DNA from: Myxococcota bacterium
GTDB taxonomy: Bacteria > Myxococcota_A > UBA9160 > UBA4427
NCBI GenBank assembly: GCA_029941235.1
Contig: JAPYQM010000011.1
Coordinates: 4,677-57,518 of the forward strand
DNA length: 52,842 nucleotides
Reading direction: 5' to 3'
The position numbers and the translations under genes are program-made. Below, one piece after another: positions 21,095 through 30,716 of this stretch. The notes under the pieces were generated by a model, which worked only from the letters and a program-made list of their open reading frames with translations, made no database searches and was not told the origin of the DNA. Each line of letters opens with the position of its first letter. Positions within the stretch are counted from its first letter, which is position 1.

Positions 21095-22666
21095 TCAGCG
21101 CTTGAATTCAACGTCTGAGAGGGCGTTCTCTTCGATGATCAGTTCGAGTTCTTCCGCCGAGAGCGTGCTCTTCGAATTGACGGTGATGGATTGCTGCATA
21201 CCCGTAGCCATGTCCCGGGCCGAAACGCTCACGATCCCGCTGGAGTCAATATCAAAGCCAACTTCGATTTCCGGCTCCCCCTTGGGCGCAGGAGGAATTC
21301 CGGCCAGAACGAATTCGCCCAGTAGATCGTTTTCCAGGGCGGTTTCGTTTTCACCTTGCAGGACCCGAATCTTGACCGCAGCTTGGTCGTCTCGGGTGGT
21401 GGTGAATATATGCGATTTATTGACGGGTACGGTGGTATTCCGGTCGATCAGGCGCGCGAAATGCCCCCCGTAGGTGCTGATCCCCAGCGACAAGGGGGTG
21501 ACGTCCAGCAGGAGGACATCTTCAGTTCCTCCCACCAGGGCACTCCCCTGAATCGCCGCGCCGAGAGCGACTACTTCGTCGGGATTGACTCCTTTGTGCG
21601 GCCGCTGCTGGAAGTAATCCGTCACCGCCTGTTGAACCATGGGCATCCGAGTTTGTCCGCCGACGACTACGACGTGGTCAATGTCTTTCATGCTCAGATC
21701 AGCATCCCTGACACACAGTTCGACACTCTTCAGTGTCTGCTCCACGATATCTTCGACCAGGCTCTCAAATTCATCTCGGGTGATTTCGCAAGTAAGGTGC
21801 CGCGCACCGTCGCCGTCCGAAGCGATAAATGGCAGATTGATTTCGGCGCGTTCGCGGAGGGAGAGCGTACACTTCGCCTTTTCCGCGGCGTCCTTTAGGC
21901 GTTGCATCGCCGTCGAATCCGATCGAAGATCGATTCCGTGCTCCTCCTGAAACCCTGCCAGCAAGTACTCGACGATTCGCCGATCGAAATCTTCTCCGCC
22001 CAAGAATGTGTCGCCGGCGGTAGCCAAAACTTCCACTACGCCGTCGGACATCTCCAAGATCGACATGTCGAAGGTTCCGCCCCCTAGATCGTAGATCGCG
22101 ATTTTTTCGTCTACATCCCGCCCCATCCCATAGGCGAGCGCGGCCGCTGCCGGCTCGTTGATAATTCTCAAAACATCAAGTCCCGCGATTCGGCCGGCAT
22201 CGCGAGTCGATTGCCTCTGGGTATCGTTGAAATACGCCGGCACGGTGATGACCGCCGATTCCACGCTTTCGCCCAAATACTCTTCGGCGACCCTTTTCAT
22301 CTCTCTAAGGATGATTCCCGAAACCTCCGCGCAACTGAACGTGCGATCCGTGATCCGGATTCTCGGGTCTTCATTGGGGCCCTCTACAATTTCATAGGGG
22401 TAGAGCTCTGCGGAGCGCTGCACCTCAGCCGAAGCAAAGCGCCGGCCAATGAGTCGCTTCGCCGCGAAAACCGTGTTGGACGCATTCGTGATCGTTTGCC
22501 GCTTAGCCGGGTAACCCACCAACTGCTCGCCATGCGTGGTGATTGCAAAGACTGACGGCGTGATTTTGTAGCCGCCCGAATTGGGAATCACGACGGGTTG
22601 GCCATCCTCCACCACTGCGACGCAGGAATTGGTGGTTCCTAGATCTATGCCAATGACTCTACCCAC
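21095..22666 (-). CDS. Hsp70-family chaperone lacking the C-terminal helical lid
   Basis: Carries IGIDLGTTNS, DLGGGTFD, the linker DVLLLDVTPLSLGI and the beta-domain, then stops ~27 aa later. I chose the start GTG at 22664-22666, which overlaps the upstream TAG. The track ORF extends to 22912 through non-homologous sequence. Confidence 0.85.
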   Translation of the reverse strand: MGRVIGIDLGTTNSCVAVVEDGQPVVIPNSGGYKITPSVFAITTHGEQLVGYPAKRQTITNASNTVFAAKRLIGRRFASAEVQRSAELYPYEIVEGPNEDPRIRITDRTFSCAEVSGIILREMKRVAEEYLGESVESAVITVPAYFNDTQRQSTRDAGRIAGLDVLRIINEPAAAALAYGMGRDVDEKIAIYDLGGGTFDMSILEMSDGVVEVLATAGDTFLGGEDFDRRIVEYLLAGFQEEHGIDLRSDSTAMQRLKDAAEKAKCTLSLRERAEINLPFIASDGDGARHLTCEITRDEFESLVEDIVEQTLKSVELCVRDADLSMKDIDHVVVVGGQTRMPMVQQAVTDYFQQRPHKGVNPDEVVALGAAIQGSALVGGTEDVLLLDVTPLSLGISTYGGHFARLIDRNTTVPVNKSHIFTTTRDDQAAVKIRVLQGENETALENDLLGEFVLAGIPPAPKGEPEIEVGFDIDSSGIVSVSARDMATGMQQSITVNSKSTLSAEELELIIEENALSDVEFKR

Positions 22667-24101
22667 GACCGCATTCCCCTTGTCTCCGGTGACTGCTCCG
22701 AAACAGATCGGCCAGTCCTCGACGTGCTTCACCGTCGGGAGGATCGCATGCCAGAGCTCGTTCAAATTCCCGCTTCGCGTTCCCGACATGCCCTTGAGCC
22801 GAATGGATCTTTCCCAGCGTTGTATGAAATTCTCCCACTTCGGGACTCTGCTCCACCGCGATACCCGCAAGGGTCTTCGCCCGCTGGATTTCATTTCGCG
22901 CGAGGGCCACACATGCGGCCTGCTGATTGAGTGCAGAATCGTTCGGGCGACGGCGAAGCGACTTCTCCAGGGACTCCCACGCCCGAGCGAGTTCGGCTTG
23001 ACTCATCGACGCATAGAATTCCCATGCGTCGATCCCATCATCGGTGTGAAGATGGGAAAGTCGATCCGACAAGCTCTTCAGTGCACCCCGGTAAGCAAGA
23101 TTTTCGGGCTCAAAGCGAATGGCCATACCGATACTGGCCCGGGCTTCCGCTATCTCACCGTCGCTCTCCGCAATTTGAGCTGCGTCAAAAAAGGCCTCAG
23201 CCTTTCGCCGTCTCTCTTCGCGCATTGATTTGGGCATGGTGTGAATCGCCCGTTCTCCCAATCGCTTGAGTTTTTCGAGCCCCGAGCGATGGGTGGTGGG
23301 CGCTTTAGATCCGTCGACTGAGGAGTCGGAACTCGCCCCCCTGACCGCTGCATTGGAGTCACAGGCAGCAGAGGCCGAATCCCTCGACAAGGCCGCATAG
23401 GCCTCAAGAATCGTCCGATAGATGATCGGGAGACGTTCGCTATAGGGGCCGAGATCGCGTCGAAAGAAGCGATCGGGATGAAACTCCCTCGAGAGCTTGA
23501 AATAGGCTTTCTTGATGGTCCGATCATCGGCGCCGGGTTCGATTCCCAGACGCGCGTGATACCCCCCCGACGAACGGGCTTCGAATTCCAGAATTCTGCG
23601 CTGGGTCTTGAGATCGATCTCTAGATCGGGATCGAGACATGACGCACCGATGGCCGAGGAATCCTTCCGAGCGAGCGCCACATCCGCCCGGCCGTGGGTC
23701 GTAGCTCGGCGAATCGGGGCTATGGGAGCTCGCTGGACAATGCCGGCTGCTAGCCACTCGACTCGGCATCGATCGGCGAGTCCACTCTCGATTCCCGCCA
23801 TCTGCACGAGGAGACTCCACGGTGTCAGACCGTCGATCCTGGACAACAGAAAGCCTTCTTCGGCGCTCAGATTGAGCCCGCTGGAATCGCAGCCGGGGAC
23901 GAGTCCGAGGATCTCTGCCGACCGTTTTTGGCTGTCAGTGCTTCGGGACACCCGACCTCCCGGAAAGGGGCGGAAGTGGAAGAACGCCCCATGTTTTGTT
24001 GCATCGGCCACTGCGGTCGAAAACTGTGCCAGTACCGGGATTTGAACCGCGAAGTCGCCGCAAAAACGAAGGATCCCGCCCGGGGGAGGCCCTGGCGCCA
24101 T
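22659..24101 (-). CDS. J-domain protein with C-terminal TPR-like region
   Basis: HPD codons lie at 23472-23480 within YHARLGIEPGADDRTIKKAYFKLSREFHPDRFF. The C-terminus has TPR-like helices. The start is uncertain: ATG at 24101, ATG at 24230, or a downstream GTG. The track ORF start at 24512 overlaps argF and is rejected. Confidence 0.7.
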   Translation of the reverse strand: MAPGPPPGGILRFCGDFAVQIPVLAQFSTAVADATKHGAFFHFRPFPGGRVSRSTDSQKRSAEILGLVPGCDSSGLNLSAEEGFLLSRIDGLTPWSLLVQMAGIESGLADRCRVEWLAAGIVQRAPIAPIRRATTHGRADVALARKDSSAIGASCLDPDLEIDLKTQRRILEFEARSSGGYHARLGIEPGADDRTIKKAYFKLSREFHPDRFFRRDLGPYSERLPIIYRTILEAYAALSRDSASAACDSNAAVRGASSDSSVDGSKAPTTHRSGLEKLKRLGERAIHTMPKSMREERRRKAEAFFDAAQIAESDGEIAEARASIGMAIRFEPENLAYRGALKSLSDRLSHLHTDDGIDAWEFYASMSQAELARAWESLEKSLRRRPNDSALNQQAACVALARNEIQRAKTLAGIAVEQSPEVGEFHTTLGKIHSAQGHVGNAKREFERALACDPPDGEARRGLADLFRSSHRRQGECGRG

Positions 24102-24256
24102 GGATACCAACTTCCTTGGCCCCCCGGGGCGCGGAGGACGGGAGTGCGGAGGACGAGGGCACGAGCACCGTTGAGCAGAGCAAGGGGGGGCGGCAAAGTC
24201 TTTCGCTCTCTGCGGCGAGCCGGGAAGCATCGGCCCCCCAGGCCCAAGGCCTCCGC

Positions 24257-25186
24257 CTAGGCGATGCCCTTGGGCAGCATCACCCGCTCGAGCACCGCCT
24301 TTTGGGAGTGGAGTCGATTTTCCGCTTGCTCGTAGATCAGGCTTCGATCGCTGTCGAGCAACTCCCCGGTGATTTCTTCTCCCCGATGGGCGGGTAGGCA
24401 GTGCATCAGTCGCGCCTTCGGCGCCCCGGCCACGAGATGTCGGTTGACTTGATAGGGGGCAAAGATCTTTCGCCGCTCCTCGGCCTCGTCCTCTTGCCCC
24501 ATGCTGGTCCACGTATCCGTGTAGATAAAATCGGCGTCAGCGACAGCTTCAAGAGGATCCTCGGTCCAGGAAATATCGCCGCCGCTGGTTGCTGCGATGG
24601 CTTCGGCTCTCTCCATCACCCATGCGGGCGGGCAATGACTGGCCGGGGTCGCGATGCGAAAGCCCATACCCACGACCGCAGAAAGGAGAATCAGCGAGTT
24701 GGCCACGTTGTTTCCATCGCCCACATAACAGACCCGTGCGTCTTTGGGATTCATCACGTTGGCGATTGTCTGCAAATCCGCCATGGCCTGGCAAGGGTGA
24801 AGCCGATCGGTCAATCCATTGATAATCGGAATCGTCGCGTTCTCGGCAAGCAGTTCGACCAACTCGTGGCTGAAAGTCCGGGCCATCAGCCCATCGACCC
24901 AGCGCGAAAGATTTCGAGCCACATCCAGAGGGCTCTCTCGGGTGCCGATCCCCACCTGATCGGGCCTCAGCAAGATCGCGTGCCCGCCCAACTGGGCCAT
25001 ACCGGCCTCGAAAGTGACGTGGGTCCGAAGAGATGGTTTCTCGAAATACATGGCCAGGGTGCGCCCCTGGAGGGTCTGGGGGCGTTCTCCTGCCCTGTGC
25101 AGGCTCCGCAGTTCCTGGGCACGGGCCAACATCTGCATGATTTCCGCGGCCGGCCAGTCGGCAACACTCAGAAAATCCTTCGGCAT
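24257..25186 (-). CDS. argF: ornithine carbamoyltransferase
   Basis: 309 aa with SLRTHVTFE, HPCQAMAD and HCLPAHRGEE motifs. Confidence 0.9.
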   Translation of the reverse strand: MPKDFLSVADWPAAEIMQMLARAQELRSLHRAGERPQTLQGRTLAMYFEKPSLRTHVTFEAGMAQLGGHAILLRPDQVGIGTRESPLDVARNLSRWVDGLMARTFSHELVELLAENATIPIINGLTDRLHPCQAMADLQTIANVMNPKDARVCYVGDGNNVANSLILLSAVVGMGFRIATPASHCPPAWVMERAEAIAATSGGDISWTEDPLEAVADADFIYTDTWTSMGQEDEAEERRKIFAPYQVNRHLVAGAPKARLMHCLPAHRGEEITGELLDSDRSLIYEQAENRLHSQKAVLERVMLPKGIA

Positions 25187-25219
25187 TTGTGTCGTTTCCC
25201 CAGAAGATTGAATTTGGGA

Positions 25220-26074
25220 TCAGGGGACGAAAAGGGTGCCCACACCCGCATCGTCGGTAAAAATTTCTAGCAAGACGGCGTGGAGGACCCGCCCATCCAC
25301 AATATGAGCCCGGCTCACGCTGTTCTTGAGTGCACGCATACAGCAACTCACCTTGGGGATCATTCCTTCCGTGATGGTGCCTTCGTCAATATATTTCTGG
25401 GCTTGATCCACCGTCAACTGGCTGAGCAGCTTGCCTTCTGAGTCCAACACACCCTCGACGTCGGTGAGGAGCATCAACTTCTCGGCTTCCAGCGCTTCCG
25501 CCAGCCCGCCCGCCGCTTCATCGGCGTTTACATTGTAGGTCAGTCCTTCATCATCGACGCCTATGGGTGCAACAACCGGAATGAAGCCCGACTCGGCAAC
25601 CGAAACGATCACCCTGGGATCAACACTCACGATCTCACCGACGCGTCCGATGTCCTGACCGTCGACAATCTTTTTCCGCACTCTGAGCAGCGCGCCATCA
25701 CTTCCCGTCAGCCCCACCGACCGGCCTCCAGCGCGCTGTACCGACTCAACGATCTCCCGGTTCACCTTGCCTCCGAGAACCATCTCCACCACATCCATGG
25801 TTTCGTCGTCGGTCACTCGGAGACCTTCAACGAACACCGACTCTTTGCCGAGTCGATTCAGGGTTGAAGCAATTTGCGGACCGCCTCCGTGCACAATCAC
25901 CGGCTTCAGGCCGATGTGCTTGAGGAGCACTACGTCGACCGCAAAAGACGCCCCGATCCCGGCATCGACCATTGCGTGTCCGCCGAATTTGATGACAACG
26001 GTCTTCCCAAGCAGCCTCCGCATATAGGGCAGCGCCTCAACCAGAACCTCCGCCTTTTCGACCAAGCTTTGCAT
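25220..26074 (-). CDS. argB: acetylglutamate kinase
   Basis: 284 aa with VVIKFGGHAM and amino-acid kinase fold signatures. Confidence 0.95.
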   Translation of the reverse strand: MQSLVEKAEVLVEALPYMRRLLGKTVVIKFGGHAMVDAGIGASFAVDVVLLKHIGLKPVIVHGGGPQIASTLNRLGKESVFVEGLRVTDDETMDVVEMVLGGKVNREIVESVQRAGGRSVGLTGSDGALLRVRKKIVDGQDIGRVGEIVSVDPRVIVSVAESGFIPVVAPIGVDDEGLTYNVNADEAAGGLAEALEAEKLMLLTDVEGVLDSEGKLLSQLTVDQAQKYIDEGTITEGMIPKVSCCMRALKNSVSRAHIVDGRVLHAVLLEIFTDDAGVGTLFVP

Positions 26075-26176
26075 CTTTGGGTCCCATCTCCGAATCCCTC
26101 CGGATATTCAGATTGCCGAACACTTGCTCGGCCAACCCGCCCGGGCACACCGACACGACCTAACTTTTCGCTCGGT

Positions 26177-27787
26177 TCAGCCACTCCCATCGCGCCGGGC
26201 CGCGGCGAGTTCTTCGATGCTCGCCACCAGGCTACGGTACAGAAGCACGTTGCGAACCGCAGCCGAAAGCGCCGCCGAAGCCACTTCACCGGTCCGGTCG
26301 GAGAGCGAGGCTTCTTCGGAGAGAAATGCACGGACCACCCCAATCACCCCGCCCCGAAACGAGATTGGCATGCAGAGCAGGCCCCGAGAAGCACCCTCCA
26401 AGGGCGTATCAACCTCGAGATCGAATCGGGGATCTTGCCGAGGCTCCATCTGGAGCAGCGCCGCACCGGTTTCCACCGCCCTTCCCGTCAACCCTCGATT
26501 CAGGGGGAGGCAGCCTCGGTCGGCCATTCCGACCCCGCCCGTCATGCTCTCGCACTTCAACTCGCCGGAGTTCGGATCCGCGAGGTAGAGAGAAACAAGA
26601 TCCGCGGGGAGCGTGCTGCTGAGTACCCCTACTGCCCTGGCAAGTACCTGCTGCGGCTCGAGTTCATCGGTCACCGCGCGACAAATCTCTTGGGCCAGTT
26701 CGGCGTCGCGGTGGGCGCCCGCCTCACTCTCGCCTTTGGGGAGAACATCCAGGGTGTCGAGCCAGGTCTCATCGAGGGGAGCCACGGCAATCGGCTCGGT
26801 TTCATCCCCAGAAGTCGAACCCCGATCGGAGTTCTTGCCGGGAGGGAAACCAGCGACGGTAAATTGATGGGCGAGCAGTCGCAGAAGAACAAGAGCCTCT
26901 TCGCCGAACGGCTGCCCCGTCAGACTCTCGGAGACACACAGCACTCCAAAGGGTCGACCTTTGGCGACCAAGGGCGCCAGTGCGAAAGAACCGCCGCGAT
27001 ATCGATCGGGGACAACCCTGTGTCGCACGCGACAGTCGTTGGCCGCATCCACCACTACCAAGGGTTCGCTCAAAGTGAGCGCGAAGCCCGCCACCCCCTC
27101 CCCGGGAAGGATCACGTCCATTTCGGAGGGAGAGACCGAATGCCCCGAGCATGCCTTCACCCGCAACCAGTTCCCGGGTTCGTCGAGCAGCATCAAAGAC
27201 ACCTTTCCCGCCCCAAGAGCAGCCGCGGCGGCTTCGACGACCCCCTCCGCGAGTCTTGAGCTGCGCTCTTCTTCCCCGGATTCAGCCAAACGGCCCGCCA
27301 GGAGCTCCCACCTCTCAGCGATTTCCCGTACCCCTTCCCGCAGCCGATTTTCGTCGCGTCTGAACCGCCAGGCCTCGATCGCCCGCTGGACAGCCAATCG
27401 CGTTTCCCGCGGATGCAAGGGCTTGGCGAGGTAGTCCCGCGCGCCCTTTTCCAGGGCATCCAGGATCACTTCGTGGTCCTGTGCGTCCGACAGCATGATG
27501 ATCTGGCATCCCGGGGAAATCCGGCCCAAAAGAATCAGCAGGTCAAGGCTATTCGCGTCTGGGAGACGAGATTCCAAGAGCACGACACCCGGCTGGATCT
27601 GCTCGGCGACTTCCAGCGCCATGGTGCCCGAGGTCACCGGTCGACAAAAGAGACCTTCCGGAGCGAGAATTTCCTGAACGGAACGCCGGACATTCTCGTC
27701 GTGCCCTACCACCAGGATAATCGCGTCTTGGCCTTGACCGCCCACTCTTCCCCCGCACCTAAGCCCCGCGACCTGCCCCCGGATCAC
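26177..27787 (-). CDS. receiver domain protein with two GAF domains and no recognisable output domain
   Basis: 536 aa. The REC domain (ILVVGHDEN...VVLLESRLPD...IIMLS...YLAKP) is followed by two GAF-like blocks. The GTG start abuts the hslU stop codon. Confidence 0.7.
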   Translation of the reverse strand: MIRGQVAGLRCGGRVGGQGQDAIILVVGHDENVRRSVQEILAPEGLFCRPVTSGTMALEVAEQIQPGVVLLESRLPDANSLDLLILLGRISPGCQIIMLSDAQDHEVILDALEKGARDYLAKPLHPRETRLAVQRAIEAWRFRRDENRLREGVREIAERWELLAGRLAESGEEERSSRLAEGVVEAAAAALGAGKVSLMLLDEPGNWLRVKACSGHSVSPSEMDVILPGEGVAGFALTLSEPLVVVDAANDCRVRHRVVPDRYRGGSFALAPLVAKGRPFGVLCVSESLTGQPFGEEALVLLRLLAHQFTVAGFPPGKNSDRGSTSGDETEPIAVAPLDETWLDTLDVLPKGESEAGAHRDAELAQEICRAVTDELEPQQVLARAVGVLSSTLPADLVSLYLADPNSGELKCESMTGGVGMADRGCLPLNRGLTGRAVETGAALLQMEPRQDPRFDLEVDTPLEGASRGLLCMPISFRGGVIGVVRAFLSEEASLSDRTGEVASAALSAAVRNVLLYRSLVASIEELAAARRDGSG

Positions 27788-29140
27788 TCACAGAATATAC
27801 TGCGAGAGGTCCTGATCATCGACAAGTTCCCCGAGGCGGTCCTCCACCATTTTCGCATCGATGACGACCCGCTGGGCTCCAAGGTCGGGAGATTCAAAGC
27901 TCAGTTCATCGAGTAGGCGCTCCATCACGGTCTGGAGCCGCCGGGCTCCAATATCTGCGGACCGCTCGTTCACTCGCGCAGCCACATCAGCGATGGCCAA
28001 CACGCCGTCATCCTCAAATTCGAGTTCGATCCCCTCGGTCGCCATCAGGGCCTTGTACTGCCGTACCAATGAGTTCGTGGGCTCAGTCAGGATCCGCACC
28101 AGATCGTCCTTGCTCAGGCTGGCGAGCTCCACCCGAATCGGGAAGCGACCCTGCATCTCGGGAATCAGATCTGCGGGCTTGGACACATGGAAGGCCCCTG
28201 CTGCGATGAAGAGAATGTGATCCGTAGCCACAGGACCGTGCTTGGTCTGAACCGTTGAGCCCTCAACGATGGGCAGGAGATCCCTCTGCACGCCTTCGCG
28301 GGATATGTCGGGTCCCTGCCGACCACTCGCCCCGACTGCGATCTTGTCAATTTCATCGAGGAAGACGATTCCGGTTTGCTCCACACGACGAATGGCGAGT
28401 TCTCGCACCATATCCTGATCGACCAGCCGCGTGGCTTCCTCGCTCGTATACGCAACTCTCGCCTCGTGAACCTTCATGCGTCTGTGCTTGGTCTTATTTG
28501 GGAACATGCCGCCCAGGAGATCTTTGAATTGAACGCCCATTTCCTCAACCCCTTGAGGGGTCATGATCGACATGGACGGTCCCGCTCCCTCTTCAGTGAG
28601 TTCCACCTCGATCTCACGGTCGTCAAGTTCGCCTAGCCTCAACAACTTGCGCAGTTTTTCCCGGGTCTCATTGGACGGGTCTGGGGGCGTGAGGTCCGGC
28701 GAACCCGCCACGGGAGGCACGGGAAGCAGAGCATCGAGCACCCGTTCTTCGGCCCGCTCCTCGGCCTTGGCGGCCACAGACTTTTTCGACTCCTCGGTCA
28801 CGAGACCGATCGCCAACTCGGTGAGATCGCGAATGATCGACTCGACATCGCGTCCGACATAGCCCACCTCGGTAAATTTCGAGGCCTCCACCTTGATAAA
28901 AGGAGCCTGAGAAAGCTTTGCCAGGCGCCGGGCGATTTCGGTTTTGCCAACTCCGGTCGCGCCGATCATGATGATGTTCTTGGGCGAAATTTCGTCGCGA
29001 AGCTCGCCGGAAACCTGTTGTCGTCGCCAACGGTTTCGCAACGCGATGGCGACCGCCCTCTTGGCCTCGCGCTGGCCAATGATGTAACGATCCAACTCGG
29101 AAACGATCTCTCGGGGCGTAAACGTGGGGATAGAACTCAT
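27788..29140 (-). CDS. hslU: ATP-dependent protease ATPase subunit HslU
   Basis: 450 aa with [16 protein letters not shown] and Walker [16 protein letters not shown]. Confidence 0.95.
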   Translation of the reverse strand: MSSIPTFTPREIVSELDRYIIGQREAKRAVAIALRNRWRRQQVSGELRDEISPKNIIMIGATGVGKTEIARRLAKLSQAPFIKVEASKFTEVGYVGRDVESIIRDLTELAIGLVTEESKKSVAAKAEERAEERVLDALLPVPPVAGSPDLTPPDPSNETREKLRKLLRLGELDDREIEVELTEEGAGPSMSIMTPQGVEEMGVQFKDLLGGMFPNKTKHRRMKVHEARVAYTSEEATRLVDQDMVRELAIRRVEQTGIVFLDEIDKIAVGASGRQGPDISREGVQRDLLPIVEGSTVQTKHGPVATDHILFIAAGAFHVSKPADLIPEMQGRFPIRVELASLSKDDLVRILTEPTNSLVRQYKALMATEGIELEFEDDGVLAIADVAARVNERSADIGARRLQTVMERLLDELSFESPDLGAQRVVIDAKMVEDRLGELVDDQDLSQYIL

Positions 29141-29685
29141 GGCAGGCTTTCTACGCTGATCTCATCGTTGGTATAGATGCAGATATTGGCGGCGACTTCA
29201 AGCGACTCTGTTGCAATTTCTTCGGCGCCCAAATCGGTGTGTTTGGCCAGCGCGCGCGCTGCCGCAAGGGCGAAAGAACCCCCCGACCCGATGGCCGCAA
29301 TACCGTCATCGGGCTCGATTACGTCTCCGTTGCCCGAGACGACCAACAACGAATCGGCATCGCCCAGCAGCAGCATGGCCTCAAGTCGGCGAAGCATTCG
29401 ATCGCTTCGCCAATCCCGCGCGAGTTCAACCGCCGCACGCCGAATGTTGCCGGGAGAAGCCTCCAGTTTGCTTTCGAGGCGCTCGAGCAACGTCAAGGCA
29501 TCGGCGACGCCTCCCGCAAATCCGACGACCGCCCTGCCCCCGGCGATCTTTCGAACTTTTTCTGCCTTCTGTTTCATGACCATTTCACCCACCGTCACCT
29601 GGCCATCCGCCGCCATGGCGATTTTTCCGTTCCGAACGATGGCCACAACGGTCGTGCTCCTCGTTTTCGGCATTTCCCCGCTCAT
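29137..29685 (-). CDS. hslV: ATP-dependent protease subunit HslV
   Basis: 182 aa carrying the [11 protein letters not shown]...GDGQVT motif. That motif is preceded by 6-10 extra N-terminal residues. The gene overlaps hslU by 4 nt. Confidence 0.9.
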   Translation of the reverse strand: MSGEMPKTRSTTVVAIVRNGKIAMAADGQVTVGEMVMKQKAEKVRKIAGGRAVVGFAGGVADALTLLERLESKLEASPGNIRRAAVELARDWRSDRMLRRLEAMLLLGDADSLLVVSGNGDVIEPDDGIAAIGSGGSFALAAARALAKHTDLGAEEIATESLEVAANICIYTNDEISVESLP

Positions 29686-30716
29686 TCCGACTTCTCCCGA
29701 CTCTTGCTTTTACTAGCCCTACCTGAATTTCGCTTGCCCGAACCGGGAGCCTTCTTGCCGTTCTTTGCCCCACTCGGATGCGGGCCGGCCCCCAGGGCTC
29801 GGGGGTGGGCACTGTCGTACACTTGGCGGAGATGTTCCACCGAAACCGCCGTGTACTTTTGTGTCGTGGAGAGACTGGCGTGACCCAGAAGTTCCTGAAT
29901 CTCGCGTAAATCCGCCCCCATATCGAGCAGGTGCGTCGCGTAGCTGTGACGCAGGCGATGGGGATGCACACGATCATCCAGCCCGCTCGCCCGACCCCGG
30001 CGGGCCAGCCCCCGACGGACGTCCCGGGCTGAGAGCCGACGGGGCTCGAGTTCGTGATTGCGGCGCAGTACGATAAAAAGCGGCTCGCCGAGGACACCCG
30101 GACGACGGCGTTCGTCGAGCCAGCGAGCCAGAGCCAGGCGCGCCTTCTCGGGGATCGGAACGATGCGCTCCTTGCTCCCCTTGCCCATCACACGAACCTC
30201 TCCCTGGTGAAGATCGATATCGCGAACGTCCAAGGCCGCCATTTCACCCACGCGAATGCCCGTTCCGTAGAGGAGTTCCACGATGGCCGCATCGCGCAGT
30301 CGCGCCCGGCGCTGCCTGGGTTGTTCGGCCCCTTCCACGGAAACCCGCGAATCAGCATCCGCGAGCGCAAAACAGTCGTCCACCGAAAGAGGTCGAGGAG
30401 CCCTCTTCGGGAGTTTCGGAGCAGGAATTCCGGTCGTAGGGTCGAGGGCGATCCGTTCTTCACGCTGAAGAAAGCGAAAGAATGCTCGGACGCCGGCAAG
30501 GCGGCGACCGAGAGTCGCTGCGCTCCGTTCGGCGTGCAGACTCGCCAGCCATGCACGAACCCGCTCCGGGTCAATCTCGTCAGGGCCGACGTCGGCTCCC
30601 GTAAAGTCGGCAAGCAGCGTAATATCGGCCAAATAGGCGCGGCAGGTGTGCACGGAGAGAGCTCGCTCGACGCGCAGGTGGCGCTCAAAATCCTGAATCG
30701 CGTCCTTCCAATTCAT
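29682..30716 (-). CDS. xerC: tyrosine recombinase XerC/XerD family
   Basis: The ATG at 30714-30716 gives [21 protein letters not shown]. The catalytic R...HxxR...Y region is present ([25 protein letters not shown]). There is a Lys-rich ~40-aa tail. ATGA overlap with trmFO. The track ORF start at 30953 is rejected. Confidence 0.85.
   Translation of the reverse strand: MNWKDAIQDFERHLRVERALSVHTCRAYLADITLLADFTGADVGPDEIDPERVRAWLASLHAERSAATLGRRLAGVRAFFRFLQREERIALDPTTGIPAPKLPKRAPRPLSVDDCFALADADSRVSVEGAEQPRQRRARLRDAAIVELLYGTGIRVGEMAALDVRDIDLHQGEVRVMGKGSKERIVPIPEKARLALARWLDERRRPGVLGEPLFIVLRRNHELEPRRLSARDVRRGLARRGRASGLDDRVHPHRLRHSYATHLLDMGADLREIQELLGHASLSTTQKYTAVSVEHLRQVYDSAHPRALGAGPHPSGAKNGKKAPGSGKRNSGRASKSKSREKSE

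Noticed and set aside
24020-24090. tRNA-like T-loop on the minus strand (GCGGTTCAAATCCCGGTACTGGCA; plus strand ccgggatttgaaccgcg at 24035-24051), possibly a tRNA or att remnant at the edge of the chaperone insertion
   Set aside because: The T-stem pairs poorly (CGCGG versus CCCGG, two mismatches). There are no D-arm conserved bases and no foldable anticodon arm. The candidate acceptor strands give a 69-nt molecule with mismatches. It is not a tRNA. A decayed tRNA 3' fragment cannot be proven by eye.
24231-24512. N-terminal extension of the 617-aa J-protein ORF
   Set aside because: It overlaps the 3' end of argF in another frame, and its Arg/Gly/Pro-rich sequence is not J-protein-like. The real start must lie downstream of the argF stop at 24257.
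26075-26176. Possible ArgR operator upstream of argB (minus strand TCTGAATATCCGGAGGGATTCGGA)
   Set aside because: The half-sites TGAAT and ATTC are separated by about 10 nt instead of the 4-nt AT-rich spacer of ARG boxes, so it is not a convincing match.
25874-27259. 461-aa ORF on the plus strand
   Set aside because: It is antisense to argB and the REC-GAF-GAF gene, with low-complexity Arg/Pro-rich translation. Shadow ORF.
29682-30716. Tyrosine recombinase as a sign of an integrated mobile element
   Set aside because: It sits in the conserved housekeeping trmFO-xerC-hslVU arrangement with overlapping start and stop codons. There are no flanking repeats, tRNA or phage genes. It is best read as the chromosome-dimer resolvase XerC/XerD.
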